Shown here piece after piece: positions 1-7,674 of a DNA stretch of 27,326 nt. How positions within the stretch are numbered: the first letter of the stretch is position 1; each line of letters begins with the position of its first letter. The position numbers and the translations under genes were made by a program. Source of the DNA: a virus. Lineage: Duplodnaviria; Caudoviricetes. Below the pieces are notes generated by a model. That model made no database searches. It was given only the letters and a program-made list of their open reading frames with translations, and was not told the origin of the DNA. The stretch spans positions 1 to 27,326 of the IMG/VR virus record IMGVR_UViG_3300049211_000051; one strand, written 5' to 3'.

Positions 1-4
1 CCGT

Positions 5-190
5 ATGACCCACGGACCCCAAGTAGGCTGGTACTGCCTGTCCTGTGAAGCCGTAAGGCCCATGAATAACCAGCTTTGCCGCTGCCTGGATGGCATGGAG
101 AAGCCCGAGGCCATCGACCTGCACCAAGCCAACTACTGGTACCCGGTCTTCATTGGCGTGCGGGGGCCCAAGGTCAAGCGACATGGGTAA
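5..190 (+). CDS. Small hypothetical protein with CxxC...CxC, possible Zn-binding (true start may lie upstream of the window)
   Basis: WYCLSCEAVRPMNNQLCRC; its stop overlaps the terS start at 183. Confidence 0.5.
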   Translation: MTHGPQVGWYCLSCEAVRPMNNQLCRCLDGMEKPEAIDLHQANYWYPVFIGVRGPKVKRHG

Positions 191-854
191 AAAAGCGGCA
201 TCGAAGTCTGGCGAATCGCTAGGGCAAAAGCCGGAAAATGAGGCGAAAAACGACATTCCCGAGGAGCTGGAACCCGTTTGGAATGCGGATGTCGCTTCGG
301 CCTTCGCGACTCTGGAGGCGCGCCAACGGGTTTTCCTCCTCACCTACGTCAAAACCTGGAACGGCGCCGAGGCATACCGCCAAGCCTACAACCCCCTTGC
401 AAACGACCATATCGCCACCAATTCAGGGTCCCGGCTGTTGGCAAAGGAGGGCATCAAGATCGTCCTGGAAGCCTTCCTGGACACCCAAATCGAAGACCTC
501 CTCCTGGTCAAGCGGACCTATGTCGAGGCCGCCAAGACCGCCAGCAAGCCCATCTTCGGCAAGGACGACCTCGGTCAGCCCATCATGGTCATGGAGCAGC
601 CCGACCACGACGTGCGGATCAAGGCCGCCCAGGCCCTGGCCAAACTCCACGGGTTCAACGCCGCGGATAAGGTGGAGGTCAAGACCAACCAAGCCCTGCC
701 GGCCGCCTTCACCACCCAGTTCAACTTCTACCTCCAGCAAATGGGCGTTGCCCCCCTGGCCCTGCCCACCGAGGAAGCCGAGTTCACCGAGGTCCCCAAG
801 GACAAGCCCGAAGGCTTCCGCGATTTCAAGTCCTTTATCAGCGACAAGGAATGA
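183..854 (+). CDS. terS: Terminase small subunit (223 aa, start at ATG 183)
   Basis: HTH-type signature LEARQRVFLLTYVKTWNGAEAYRQAY...GSRLL and C-terminal RIKAAQALAKLHG...DKVEV. ATGA overlap with terL. Confidence 0.85.
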   Translation: MGKKAASKSGESLGQKPENEAKNDIPEELEPVWNADVASAFATLEARQRVFLLTYVKTWNGAEAYRQAYNPLANDHIATNSGSRLLAKEGIKIVLEAFLDTQIEDLLLVKRTYVEAAKTASKPIFGKDDLGQPIMVMEQPDHDVRIKAAQALAKLHGFNAADKVEVKTNQALPAAFTTQFNFYLQQMGVAPLALPTEEAEFTEVPKDKPEGFRDFKSFISDKE

Positions 855-2392
855 GCGAAGCCAACTCCATCAAGTTCACGGAATGGCTGAGGCTCATGTC
901 CTTTGTCCAGTTCCACGCCTTTTGCGGGATGCTGTGGGATAGCGGGAAGAAGCGTTTTCTTCGGTGGGAGTTGTGGAAGGGTGTGCGCGGGTTCCCGGGG
1001 CAAATGGAGGTTGCGACCGCGTTCGCCGTCCACGCGATTATCTGGGTGCTCAAGGCGCGACAGCTTGGGCTCTCGGAGCTTGCGGGGCTGTACGCGGTCT
1101 TCGTGTGCCTGACCGAGCCCAATTCGGAAGTGATCATCATCTCCAAGAAGCTGCCGGACGCCAAGTACTTCCTCAAGCGCCGCGTGCTGTGGAAGCTGCG
1201 GGCTGCGTATGCCCTGGAGATGGAGCCGGGGAAGAAGTTCCCCTGGCCTGCGTACACCGACAACTCCGACACGGGGAAGATATTGTTTCCTGAAAACGGA
1301 TCGTGGATCGAGGCGGCCTCCAGCGATAACGAGGAGGTGCGATCCAGGACTCCGCGCCTGGTGATATTCGATGAGGTGCGGTCCTTTGGTGAGGCGGATG
1401 CCGATGAGCTGTGGTCCGCCATCATCCCCGCGATTGAGTCCAACGAGAAGTCACAACTGATTTGCATCTCGACTGCCAAGTTTGGAACCTGGTTCAACGC
1501 CATGACCAAGAAGATCATGGACGGGGCTTTGAGCGGCATCAAGTTCCTGTTTCTCCCTGCGGACACCGACCCGAAGCGCACGCCGGATTGGCGTAGGGAG
1601 AAGCTGAAGAAGTGGAGTAAGCCGACGATGTTTATCCGCGAGTACCCGCTTAAAGAGGAAGATTGCTTTATCTCCCGCGAGGGCGCAGTGTTCTCGCCCT
1701 TCGACCCCAAGCCCGGCGGCCGGCATGTCAATCACGTCAAGCTGAATTGGGGTAGGCGCTACATCATCGGCTATGACCACGGTAGGCAGCACCCGGCCGT
1801 GCTCCTGCTCATGCAGTACGACCGCTATGAGAATCATCTATACGTGTTTGATGAAGTGTTTTGCAGGGACATGGAGCTGCCGGAAGTGGCCTACGAAATC
1901 AAATCGAAGATGCTTTACTACGCCAAGAACCACCAAGCGCCACCGCCAAGCCTACGCATAGCGGATCGCGCCTGCTTCAACAAGGACGGGCGTAAGCCGG
2001 TGTCCGAGATCCTGCGCGAGCTAACCGGCATCGTGTTCAAGGAATCCATCAAGCCCAGCATCCTCGATTCCATCGACGATCTCAACCTCCGATTCTCCAA
2101 CAATCAAATCACCATTGACCCGCGGTGTGTGCAGACTATTCGACAGATTGAGGAGTTGCGTTGGAAGAATGAGCCGGGCGAGGTGAAGAAGGAAGCGCCG
2201 GTCGATGTAGAGGATGACGCCCCGGATATCCTGCGCTACGTCTGCGCCGAGCTGCGCGGGTCCATCAAGACGGAGCCTGAGAAGATGACCTTGCGCCAGC
2301 AGCTTGAGGCCAAGGACCGGGCGAGGAAAGCGAAGCGTTACAGTCAATTCGATACCCAAGAAGCAAACCCCAACGCCTGGCAAGCAGGATAG
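851..2392 (+). CDS. terL: Terminase large subunit (513 aa)
   Basis: Walker A VLKARQLGLS, Walker B LVIFDE, coupling motif ISTA, RNase H-fold nuclease acidic motifs IGYDHGRQHP, IAD and DDAPDILRY. Confidence 0.95.
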   Translation: MSEANSIKFTEWLRLMSFVQFHAFCGMLWDSGKKRFLRWELWKGVRGFPGQMEVATAFAVHAIIWVLKARQLGLSELAGLYAVFVCLTEPNSEVIIISKKLPDAKYFLKRRVLWKLRAAYALEMEPGKKFPWPAYTDNSDTGKILFPENGSWIEAASSDNEEVRSRTPRLVIFDEVRSFGEADADELWSAIIPAIESNEKSQLICISTAKFGTWFNAMTKKIMDGALSGIKFLFLPADTDPKRTPDWRREKLKKWSKPTMFIREYPLKEEDCFISREGAVFSPFDPKPGGRHVNHVKLNWGRRYIIGYDHGRQHPAVLLLMQYDRYENHLYVFDEVFCRDMELPEVAYEIKSKMLYYAKNHQAPPPSLRIADRACFNKDGRKPVSEILRELTGIVFKESIKPSILDSIDDLNLRFSNNQITIDPRCVQTIRQIEELRWKNEPGEVKKEAPVDVEDDAPDILRYVCAELRGSIKTEPEKMTLRQQLEAKDRARKAKRYSQFDTQEANPNAWQAG

Positions 2393-2400
2393 GAGATAGA

Positions 2401-2811
2401 ATGTTCAAGTACCTGGATCTCGTGAAAGTCGTGAAGCCCGAGCCCCCGCCCGGGGCCGTGGTCATTCTCAACACCGACGGGGCAAACGACGCCCTAGCCT
2501 TCTACACCGGCGCCGTGGGGCGTGTGATTGCGCGGGTGCCCGGAGGCTACAAGGTCTGGTTCCCGGTGCCGTGCTTCCCAGACAAGGGGCAGGCCGTGGA
2601 CCTGGCGGAGAAGACGCTGCGGCTGTTCCATGGGGCGACGGAGAAGGACTACCGGGCCGCGCACTACCCGGGGATGAGCGCCGCCCAGCCCATGCCGCCG
2701 CTGGAGGATCATGGGGGGCCGCGCCCAACTGATAGGAGCATGGGGCCAGCCGTGCAGGCTCTTTACGACGCCACAAGGCCAAGGGTTGCGGAGGGATTTG
2801 AAGGTGCCTAA
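2401..2811 (+). CDS. Hypothetical protein (136 aa)
   Basis: AGGAG Shine-Dalgarno at about 2391-2395; codon usage matches neighbours; no recognised motif. Confidence 0.7.
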   Translation: MFKYLDLVKVVKPEPPPGAVVILNTDGANDALAFYTGAVGRVIARVPGGYKVWFPVPCFPDKGQAVDLAEKTLRLFHGATEKDYRAAHYPGMSAAQPMPPLEDHGGPRPTDRSMGPAVQALYDATRPRVAEGFEGA

Positions 2812-2983
2812 GCTGGCTGACTGCCTCAAGGTGACGTTGGACCGGCCCACCTATGCCAAAAGGCTGGAAATCATGAGCTGGTTTGAGGAGAACATGCCGC
2901 ATGCGCACGAGCCAGGCATCTATTGCGAGTTCTGCGCCCAGAAAGCAAGACGTGAGCGAAGAGAAGCCAAAAAAGAAGGTTAA
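2804..2983 (+). CDS. Small hypothetical protein (59 aa, GTG start) with HxH...CxxC possible Zn site
   Basis: GAGGG upstream of GTG 2804, overlapping the previous stop; PHAHEPGIYCEFC followed by a basic tail. Confidence 0.55.
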   Translation: MPKLADCLKVTLDRPTYAKRLEIMSWFEENMPHAHEPGIYCEFCAQKARRERREAKKEG

Positions 2984-3221
2984 CCTCCCCTTCGACAAGG
3001 CCGTGGAAGTCCTGCTCGAAAGGTACGGCTACGTCGATTACTGCGTGGTCGCCCGCTCGGTGGACGGGGAGAAGTACGGCCGCTGGGTGGCCGGCGACGG
3101 CCAGAACCCCGTGGGCGATGAGGACCGTTCCCTGCTCCTCCATGGGGACATGGAAGTCCTCCAGGGCACCATCATCGACCGGGCCAAGGCCCGCCTCAAG
3201 AGCGCCGCCCGGCCCGCCTAG
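2952..3221 (+). CDS. Hypothetical protein (89 aa, GTG start)
   Basis: MSEEKPKKKVNLPFDKAVEVLLERYGY...; strongly GC3-biased codons. Confidence 0.65.
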   Translation: MSEEKPKKKVNLPFDKAVEVLLERYGYVDYCVVARSVDGEKYGRWVAGDGQNPVGDEDRSLLLHGDMEVLQGTIIDRAKARLKSAARPA

Positions 3222-3259
3222 CCCCTTTCGTCATTTCATAGACCCCCCTCCCTACTCTC
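3222..3259 (+). promoter_or_regulatory. Putative late promoter / regulator site, copy 1 (CCCCTTTCGTCATTTC-N12-CCCTACTCTC)
   Basis: Intergenic. Matches copy 2 at 18187-18224 in 15/16 and 10/10 positions with an identical 12-nt spacer; TACTCT resembles a -10 box. Confidence 0.65.
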
Positions 3260-3297
3260 TCGGCATCCCATACGCCCATCGACGGGCAGAACCGGGT

Positions 3298-3522
3298 ATG
3301 AAAAGGGAAATCCGCTGTTCTCAGACTCGACGGAAGCGCGACGGACAAACGGTCGTACTCTGCGACAGGTTCCTGGCCATGATGGACGAAAACGGCTCCA
3401 TCCGGATCAAGTGTCCCTGTTGCGGAACCAATTACCTGTTTGTCCCCCAAGCTGTGCAAGGCCCCAAGGTTGTACGGCTTGTGGATGAGAACCGGAGCCC
3501 AAATCCAAAGGATAGGCCATGA
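3298..3522 (+). CDS. Mu Com-like zinc-ribbon regulator (74 aa)
   Basis: MKREIRC...CDRFLA...IRIKCPCCGTNY parallels Mu Com (MKSIRCKNCNKLL...IEIRCPRC), but with 14 residues between the first two Cys instead of 2. Confidence 0.7.
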   Translation: MKREIRCSQTRRKRDGQTVVLCDRFLAMMDENGSIRIKCPCCGTNYLFVPQAVQGPKVVRLVDENRSPNPKDRP

Positions 3523-3800
3523 CCGCATCGACTCATGAAAAAATCTACCCCATGCCCGGCGGGCTCCATGACGACGCCAACGCCTCCACCCGCGACTCCG
3601 CGGATATGGGCGTGGTGCCGGACTTCAGCAACTTCAGCCCCCAGCTCGGCAAGAACCCGACCGCGGGTTCCTGGATCGGCCTGTGCTCGGTGGCCGCCAT
3701 CAACAAGACCCCGCCCGGGTACATGAACCTCCGCAAGAAGGGCACCACCGGCCCCGCGGGCAAGGTCCGCATCCCCCTGTTCGACGCCCCCGACGGCTAA
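3519..3800 (+). CDS. Hypothetical protein (93 aa)
   Basis: ATGA overlap with the Com-like gene; strong GC3 bias. Confidence 0.7.
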   Translation: MTASTHEKIYPMPGGLHDDANASTRDSADMGVVPDFSNFSPQLGKNPTAGSWIGLCSVAAINKTPPGYMNLRKKGTTGPAGKVRIPLFDAPDG

Positions 3801-3985
3801 TGGACGCACCCGAGATCGACCTGGACCAGGTGTTGGACTTCGAGACCTTCGTCTCGCGGTTCTTCCCTGGGTTTGAGCTTGAAAGCGTGGTGATGCCCAA
3901 GACCGGTGAAAGGATCGAATATGGCAATGGGAAAGAACAAGCGGAGCCCGCTGACTCAGGCGGTGGCGACAGCCCCAAGCCTTGA
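3800..3985 (+). CDS. Small acidic hypothetical protein (61 aa)
   Basis: TAATG coupling at 3798-3802; MDAPEIDLDQVLDFETFVSRFFPGF. Confidence 0.55.
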   Translation: MDAPEIDLDQVLDFETFVSRFFPGFELESVVMPKTGERIEYGNGKEQAEPADSGGGDSPKP

Positions 3986-4175
3986 CAAGGCGGTTTACCC
4001 CGAGGAGGTAACCGTCCGCAAGGCTTCCAATGGCGGATACATCGTCCGCACCTCCGGTGGCAAGGTCTCGCCTTATCCCGGTGAGGAGGAGGTCTATCGC
4101 GGCCTTGCGGGCGTGCTCAAGTGCATGCGCGCCCACTTCGCGGACAAGGAAGAGGACGACAAGGGGGATTACTAA
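3921..4175 (+). CDS. Hypothetical protein (84 aa)
   Basis: AAGGA upstream of ATG 3921; VTVRKASNGGYIVR motif; ends 5 nt before the portal start. Confidence 0.65.
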   Translation: MAMGKNKRSPLTQAVATAPSLDKAVYPEEVTVRKASNGGYIVRTSGGKVSPYPGEEEVYRGLAGVLKCMRAHFADKEEDDKGDY

Positions 4176-4180
4176 GCCCT

Positions 4181-6118
4181 ATGTCCGATGTTCGCAAGGA
4201 TAGGGACGAACTAAGAGGGTTCCAGCGCAGGAACCGCCGGGAGCGCGACCGGGAACGCCGTAACTGGCGGGCCTATGACGCGACCGAGTTTGGCCAGTAC
4301 GACGAGCAGGCTTTAGCCGTCCTCATTCAGGAGGGCCGCCCCCCGACCTCATTCAACATCCTCAAACGGTACATCGACACCATCACCGGATCCATTCTCG
4401 CGGATGGGTACGACATCCATTACGAGACTGAGCTAGGCGATGAGAACAACGCCGCTATCCTCTTCAATGAGCTGTACATGGAGGACCGCGACCTGGGGAA
4501 CTTCCTGGGCGAGTTCCTGGAGATGGTTCGGGCGGGCTTCATCTATCGCGGCTGGATGGAGATGTTCATTGATCGCACGCGAGACCCTCGTGGACGTGTA
4601 GGGCTTCGGTACACCTCCGCGGACCGCATTGTTGCCGATCCCGACTGGACAACCCACCGGGTCAAGGACAATAAGGCCATCTATGTGAACAACTGGATGG
4701 CCCCCCAACAGATCTTTGACCGGTTCAAGAAGAAGACCCCGGAGATCCAAGCGGCCATCCAGCGGTACGAGTTGGCCAAGGGTGGCGACGGCGAGACCCG
4801 CGAACTGGATAAGCTGTTCGACCTGTCGCCCGAGTTCTTCGATGAGCAGAACGGGCTCTACCTCGTCTCCAGCCGGATGTACCTGGAGAAGGAGAAGCGG
4901 GACAAGCTGTTCGACCTCCAGACCCAGCAATTCCTGCCCGACCTGCCCCCTGAGGACTTGGAAGAGTTCAAGTTCGCGGCGGAGATGAGCGGGAGCAAGA
5001 TCGAGGTCATCCCCTCCGAAATCAACGTGTGCAAGGTTAAAACCTTCTGCCCCGCCCTGTCGCTGGACCTGGTGCTGGAGCAGGGGAACCACCCCATCCA
5101 GACCGGCGGTTACCCGCTCTTCTGCTTCTCGGCGGATTGCATCAACGGCCGGCCGAATACACCCACCGATCAGCTCTACGACATCCAGTTGACCATCAAT
5201 AAGCGCGAGTCCACCAAGACGCACGTATTCATGACCACAAGCTATAACACGCTCTTGGTGGAGGAGGACGCCACCTCCGACCCCGAGGACGCCAAGAAGA
5301 TCGCGACAGGCAAGGGGCGGCCTGGGGCCGGGTACCTGGTCACGCCGGGCACGAATCGCGAGAGCAAGATCCGGTACATGGAGAAGAATCAACCCCCCGC
5401 GGAGCTGATGAGCGATCAGCAGTACCTGGTGAGCCTGGCGGACAAGCTGACCCCCTCCGTTCCTGCTCTTCAGGGATTGGGCGAGGAAGGGGATTCCGGG
5501 GTCTTGTTCCAGGCCAAGGTAGCCCAGGCGCAGATCGGCATCCAAATCCCGTCCAAGTTCCTGAAAGCGTTCTGGAATGAGATAGGCGACGCCTACTTCT
5601 TCGCCGCGCAGCAGACCTACACCTATCCCATGGTCTTCAACTCCAAGCGGCTCGACACCAGATTTGTCCTCAATATGGAGGGCGGGATCTGGATGGAGCA
5701 GATCCCGCGCATGCGCGTCACGGTCACCCAGTCCCCGACCTCGGAGACCTACCGGCGGCAGCTTATCCAGCAGTACGTGGCGCTTAACCAGTACATCCCC
5801 GGCGGGCTCACGCGGCAGGCGCTGGCGCGGCTCGTGGTCAAGAGCTTGCCGAACGTCCCGGACGAGGAGTTGGACAAGCTGGCCGAGACCGCGAAGCTGG
5901 AGGAGGAGTTGCAGAAGGAGGGGACGATGTTCCAACTGGAGCAAATCCGCATGCAACGGCAGCAGCTCATGGTCCAGCAGCAGGCGGGAGCTATGGGCAT
6001 GATGCCGGGTATGCCGGGCGGTGCCCCACAGGGCCCGAGCCCGCAGGACATGCTGGCGAAGATTCTCGGCGGTGGGGCCGCGCCCGCGGCGGAACCCATG
6101 CGAACAGCGACGGCATAG
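4181..6118 (+). CDS. Portal protein, P22 gp1-like (645 aa, start at ATG 4181)
   Basis: N-terminal GQYDEQALAVLIQEGRPPTSFNILKRYIDTITG fits the P22-type QW...GRP..xN.I...D...G motif. Also DIQLTINKRES, GEEGDSGV, and a C-terminal Q-rich helical barrel with a G/M/P-rich tail. Confidence 0.9.
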   Translation: MSDVRKDRDELRGFQRRNRRERDRERRNWRAYDATEFGQYDEQALAVLIQEGRPPTSFNILKRYIDTITGSILADGYDIHYETELGDENNAAILFNELYMEDRDLGNFLGEFLEMVRAGFIYRGWMEMFIDRTRDPRGRVGLRYTSADRIVADPDWTTHRVKDNKAIYVNNWMAPQQIFDRFKKKTPEIQAAIQRYELAKGGDGETRELDKLFDLSPEFFDEQNGLYLVSSRMYLEKEKRDKLFDLQTQQFLPDLPPEDLEEFKFAAEMSGSKIEVIPSEINVCKVKTFCPALSLDLVLEQGNHPIQTGGYPLFCFSADCINGRPNTPTDQLYDIQLTINKRESTKTHVFMTTSYNTLLVEEDATSDPEDAKKIATGKGRPGAGYLVTPGTNRESKIRYMEKNQPPAELMSDQQYLVSLADKLTPSVPALQGLGEEGDSGVLFQAKVAQAQIGIQIPSKFLKAFWNEIGDAYFFAAQQTYTYPMVFNSKRLDTRFVLNMEGGIWMEQIPRMRVTVTQSPTSETYRRQLIQQYVALNQYIPGGLTRQALARLVVKSLPNVPDEELDKLAETAKLEEELQKEGTMFQLEQIRMQRQQLMVQQQAGAMGMMPGMPGGAPQGPSPQDMLAKILGGGAAPAAEPMRTATA

Positions 6119-6126
6119 GAGTGAGT

Positions 6127-6168
6127 ATGGCCAAGAAGAAAGGCAATCGAAAGAAGGGTGGTTACTGA
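6127..6168 (+). CDS. Putative 13-aa basic micro-ORF MAKKKGNRKKGGY
   Basis: AGGAG at 6117-6121, 5 nt before ATG 6127; its TGA overlaps the next ATG (TGATG 6166-6170). Confidence 0.55.
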   Translation: MAKKKGNRKKGGY

Positions 6169-6467
6169 TGGGTATGAGCGAATCCATGGCCAACCCTGGC
6201 GCCGCGTCCTTGGATCCGGGCGCCAATCCTTTGGCCGCCTTCGGCAAGTACGGGCTGCCGGGATTGGTGATTGCCGTCCTCTTCTTCTTTATGTGGAACG
6301 ACCGCAATGCTTCCCGCGAGGACGCCAAAACGGCTCAACAGGTGATCCAAAAAAACACCGAGGTGATGGTGGAATTCAAGGGGGTCATGACCCAGATGCG
6401 GGAAGCGATGAACGAGTACACCGAAGAAATCCGCAAACTCCGCGAGGAGCGGAGGAACAGAAAATGA
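6168..6467 (+). CDS. Holin-like membrane protein, BhlA/UviB-type architecture (up to 99 aa)
   Basis: One hydrophobic helix (YGLPGLVIAVLFFFMW), then a coiled coil (KNTEVMVEFKGVMTQMREAMNEYTEEIRKL) and a basic C-terminus. Alternative Met starts at 6168, 6174 and 6186. Confidence 0.6.
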   Translation: MGMSESMANPGAASLDPGANPLAAFGKYGLPGLVIAVLFFFMWNDRNASREDAKTAQQVIQKNTEVMVEFKGVMTQMREAMNEYTEEIRKLREERRNRK

Positions 6468-6874
6468 GCATCCGTGACTGGTGGCAGCGGTTCAAGTCCA
6501 AGTACCTGGTGGAGGAGGAGCCGGAGTCCTTCTCCCGCCCGCTCCTGGAGCAACCCTTGCCGGTGGTGGATGTGATCCAGGCCCCGGAGCCTCCGCCCCC
6601 GGTGTCTCACGTGTACGTGCGGGAGCGCGGCACCGGGGTATTCATTCCCTTTGCCGTGTTCCCGGAGGAATTCAACCCCGAGGACCACGGGGGAATGATG
6701 GCGGCGGATACCGCGGTCCTGCGGATCGCGCTGCCGGTGGACAAGGTGTTGGGGCTCCTGGAGAACTCCAACTGTCTGCGCGGATTCGTGGACGAGGAGA
6801 TCCAGGCGCTCCGGGAGATGAAGCGCATGGACGTGACCGAGGACAGCCTGGCCAAGCACTTGAGGGATAAGTGA
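6464..6874 (+). CDS. Hypothetical protein (136 aa)
   Basis: ATGA overlap with the holin-like gene; MSIRDWWQRFKSK...; no recognised motif. Confidence 0.7.
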   Translation: MSIRDWWQRFKSKYLVEEEPESFSRPLLEQPLPVVDVIQAPEPPPPVSHVYVRERGTGVFIPFAVFPEEFNPEDHGGMMAADTAVLRIALPVDKVLGLLENSNCLRGFVDEEIQALREMKRMDVTEDSLAKHLRDK

Positions 6875-7674
6875 GAATGTCGGTCGCGGGCTCCTTCCGT
6901 TCGAATCGCGTCACGCCTCCGCCGCGGGCCGTTGTGGCCCTTGTGGACGTGCGCAACCGCTGGATGTTTATGGGCGACAGCCAGACCGGCGGGCGGGACG
7001 AGGGGGCGGCCAAGAGCCATGTCACCGCGTTTACGGCTATCTGGGCGAGGAAGTACCCCGGCAAGGGCCCGGCGAATCCCTACGGCGGCCTCCCGACCAA
7101 CCCCTATCAGGACGGTGTGAGCGGCCGCAGCCTGGCCGGCACCATCACGCAGTACAACAGCCGCCCGGATCGGTTGACGGCGACGTGGTACCACCTCCAG
7201 GAGTCGGGAAACCAGCTCGGGGACGGCGGCAGCCAGGACACCCCGGCGAAGTACAAGGCCCTGTACAAGGCGCATGCGATCCAGGTGGAGGCCAATTCCC
7301 CGGGCGTGGTGCAGACCAAGGAGACAGCGTTTTCCTTCGGCCGAACCGAGGCAGGACGGGTCTGGGATGCCTACAACGCCGCGACCCGCGAGGCCGTGGC
7401 GGAACTCAAAGCCGAGCGCGGGATTACCGTCCGCATTGTCGAAACCGACCGGGACATCAAGTTGTTGCAGGCCCTGCTCACCCCGGCCGCGGTGTGGTTC
7501 CAGGCGGGGGAGGCGAACGAGTACCACTATCGGGCGCCGGGGAACCTGATGATCGCCTTGAGCATGTTCAAGGCCCTGGGCGAGAGCGTGACCCTGGAGG
7601 ACATGGCGGATATCGTTGAGGTTTCGGACGCCACCAAGCGGAAGTGCTTGGATGTGATGGGGGCGAATCCCTAA
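6871..7674 (+). CDS. SGNH/GDSL-type hydrolase (esterase/deacetylase)-like protein
   Basis: Block I MFMGDSQT, block II GVSGRSL, block III ESGNQ, block V NEYHYRAPG (E..H/N..H in place of the canonical DxxH). GTGA overlap with the upstream gene; alternative ATG at 6877. Confidence 0.7.
   Translation: MRMSVAGSFRSNRVTPPPRAVVALVDVRNRWMFMGDSQTGGRDEGAAKSHVTAFTAIWARKYPGKGPANPYGGLPTNPYQDGVSGRSLAGTITQYNSRPDRLTATWYHLQESGNQLGDGGSQDTPAKYKALYKAHAIQVEANSPGVVQTKETAFSFGRTEAGRVWDAYNAATREAVAELKAERGITVRIVETDRDIKLLQALLTPAAVWFQAGEANEYHYRAPGNLMIALSMFKALGESVTLEDMADIVEVSDATKRKCLDVMGANP

Noticed and set aside
90-182. Longer N-termini from the ORF track (starts at 90, 2711, 2883, 3118, 3683, 4121, 6021, 6158, 7644)
   Set aside because: They overlap upstream genes; downstream starts have SD sites or stop-start coupling.
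4433-6328. 631-aa minus-strand ORF, and similar long antisense ORFs (6607-7767, 13670-14728, 18096-19229, 19467-20822, 25605-26780)
   Set aside because: They lie opposite well-supported genes and have no motifs; they are expected shadow ORFs of GC3-biased coding sequence.
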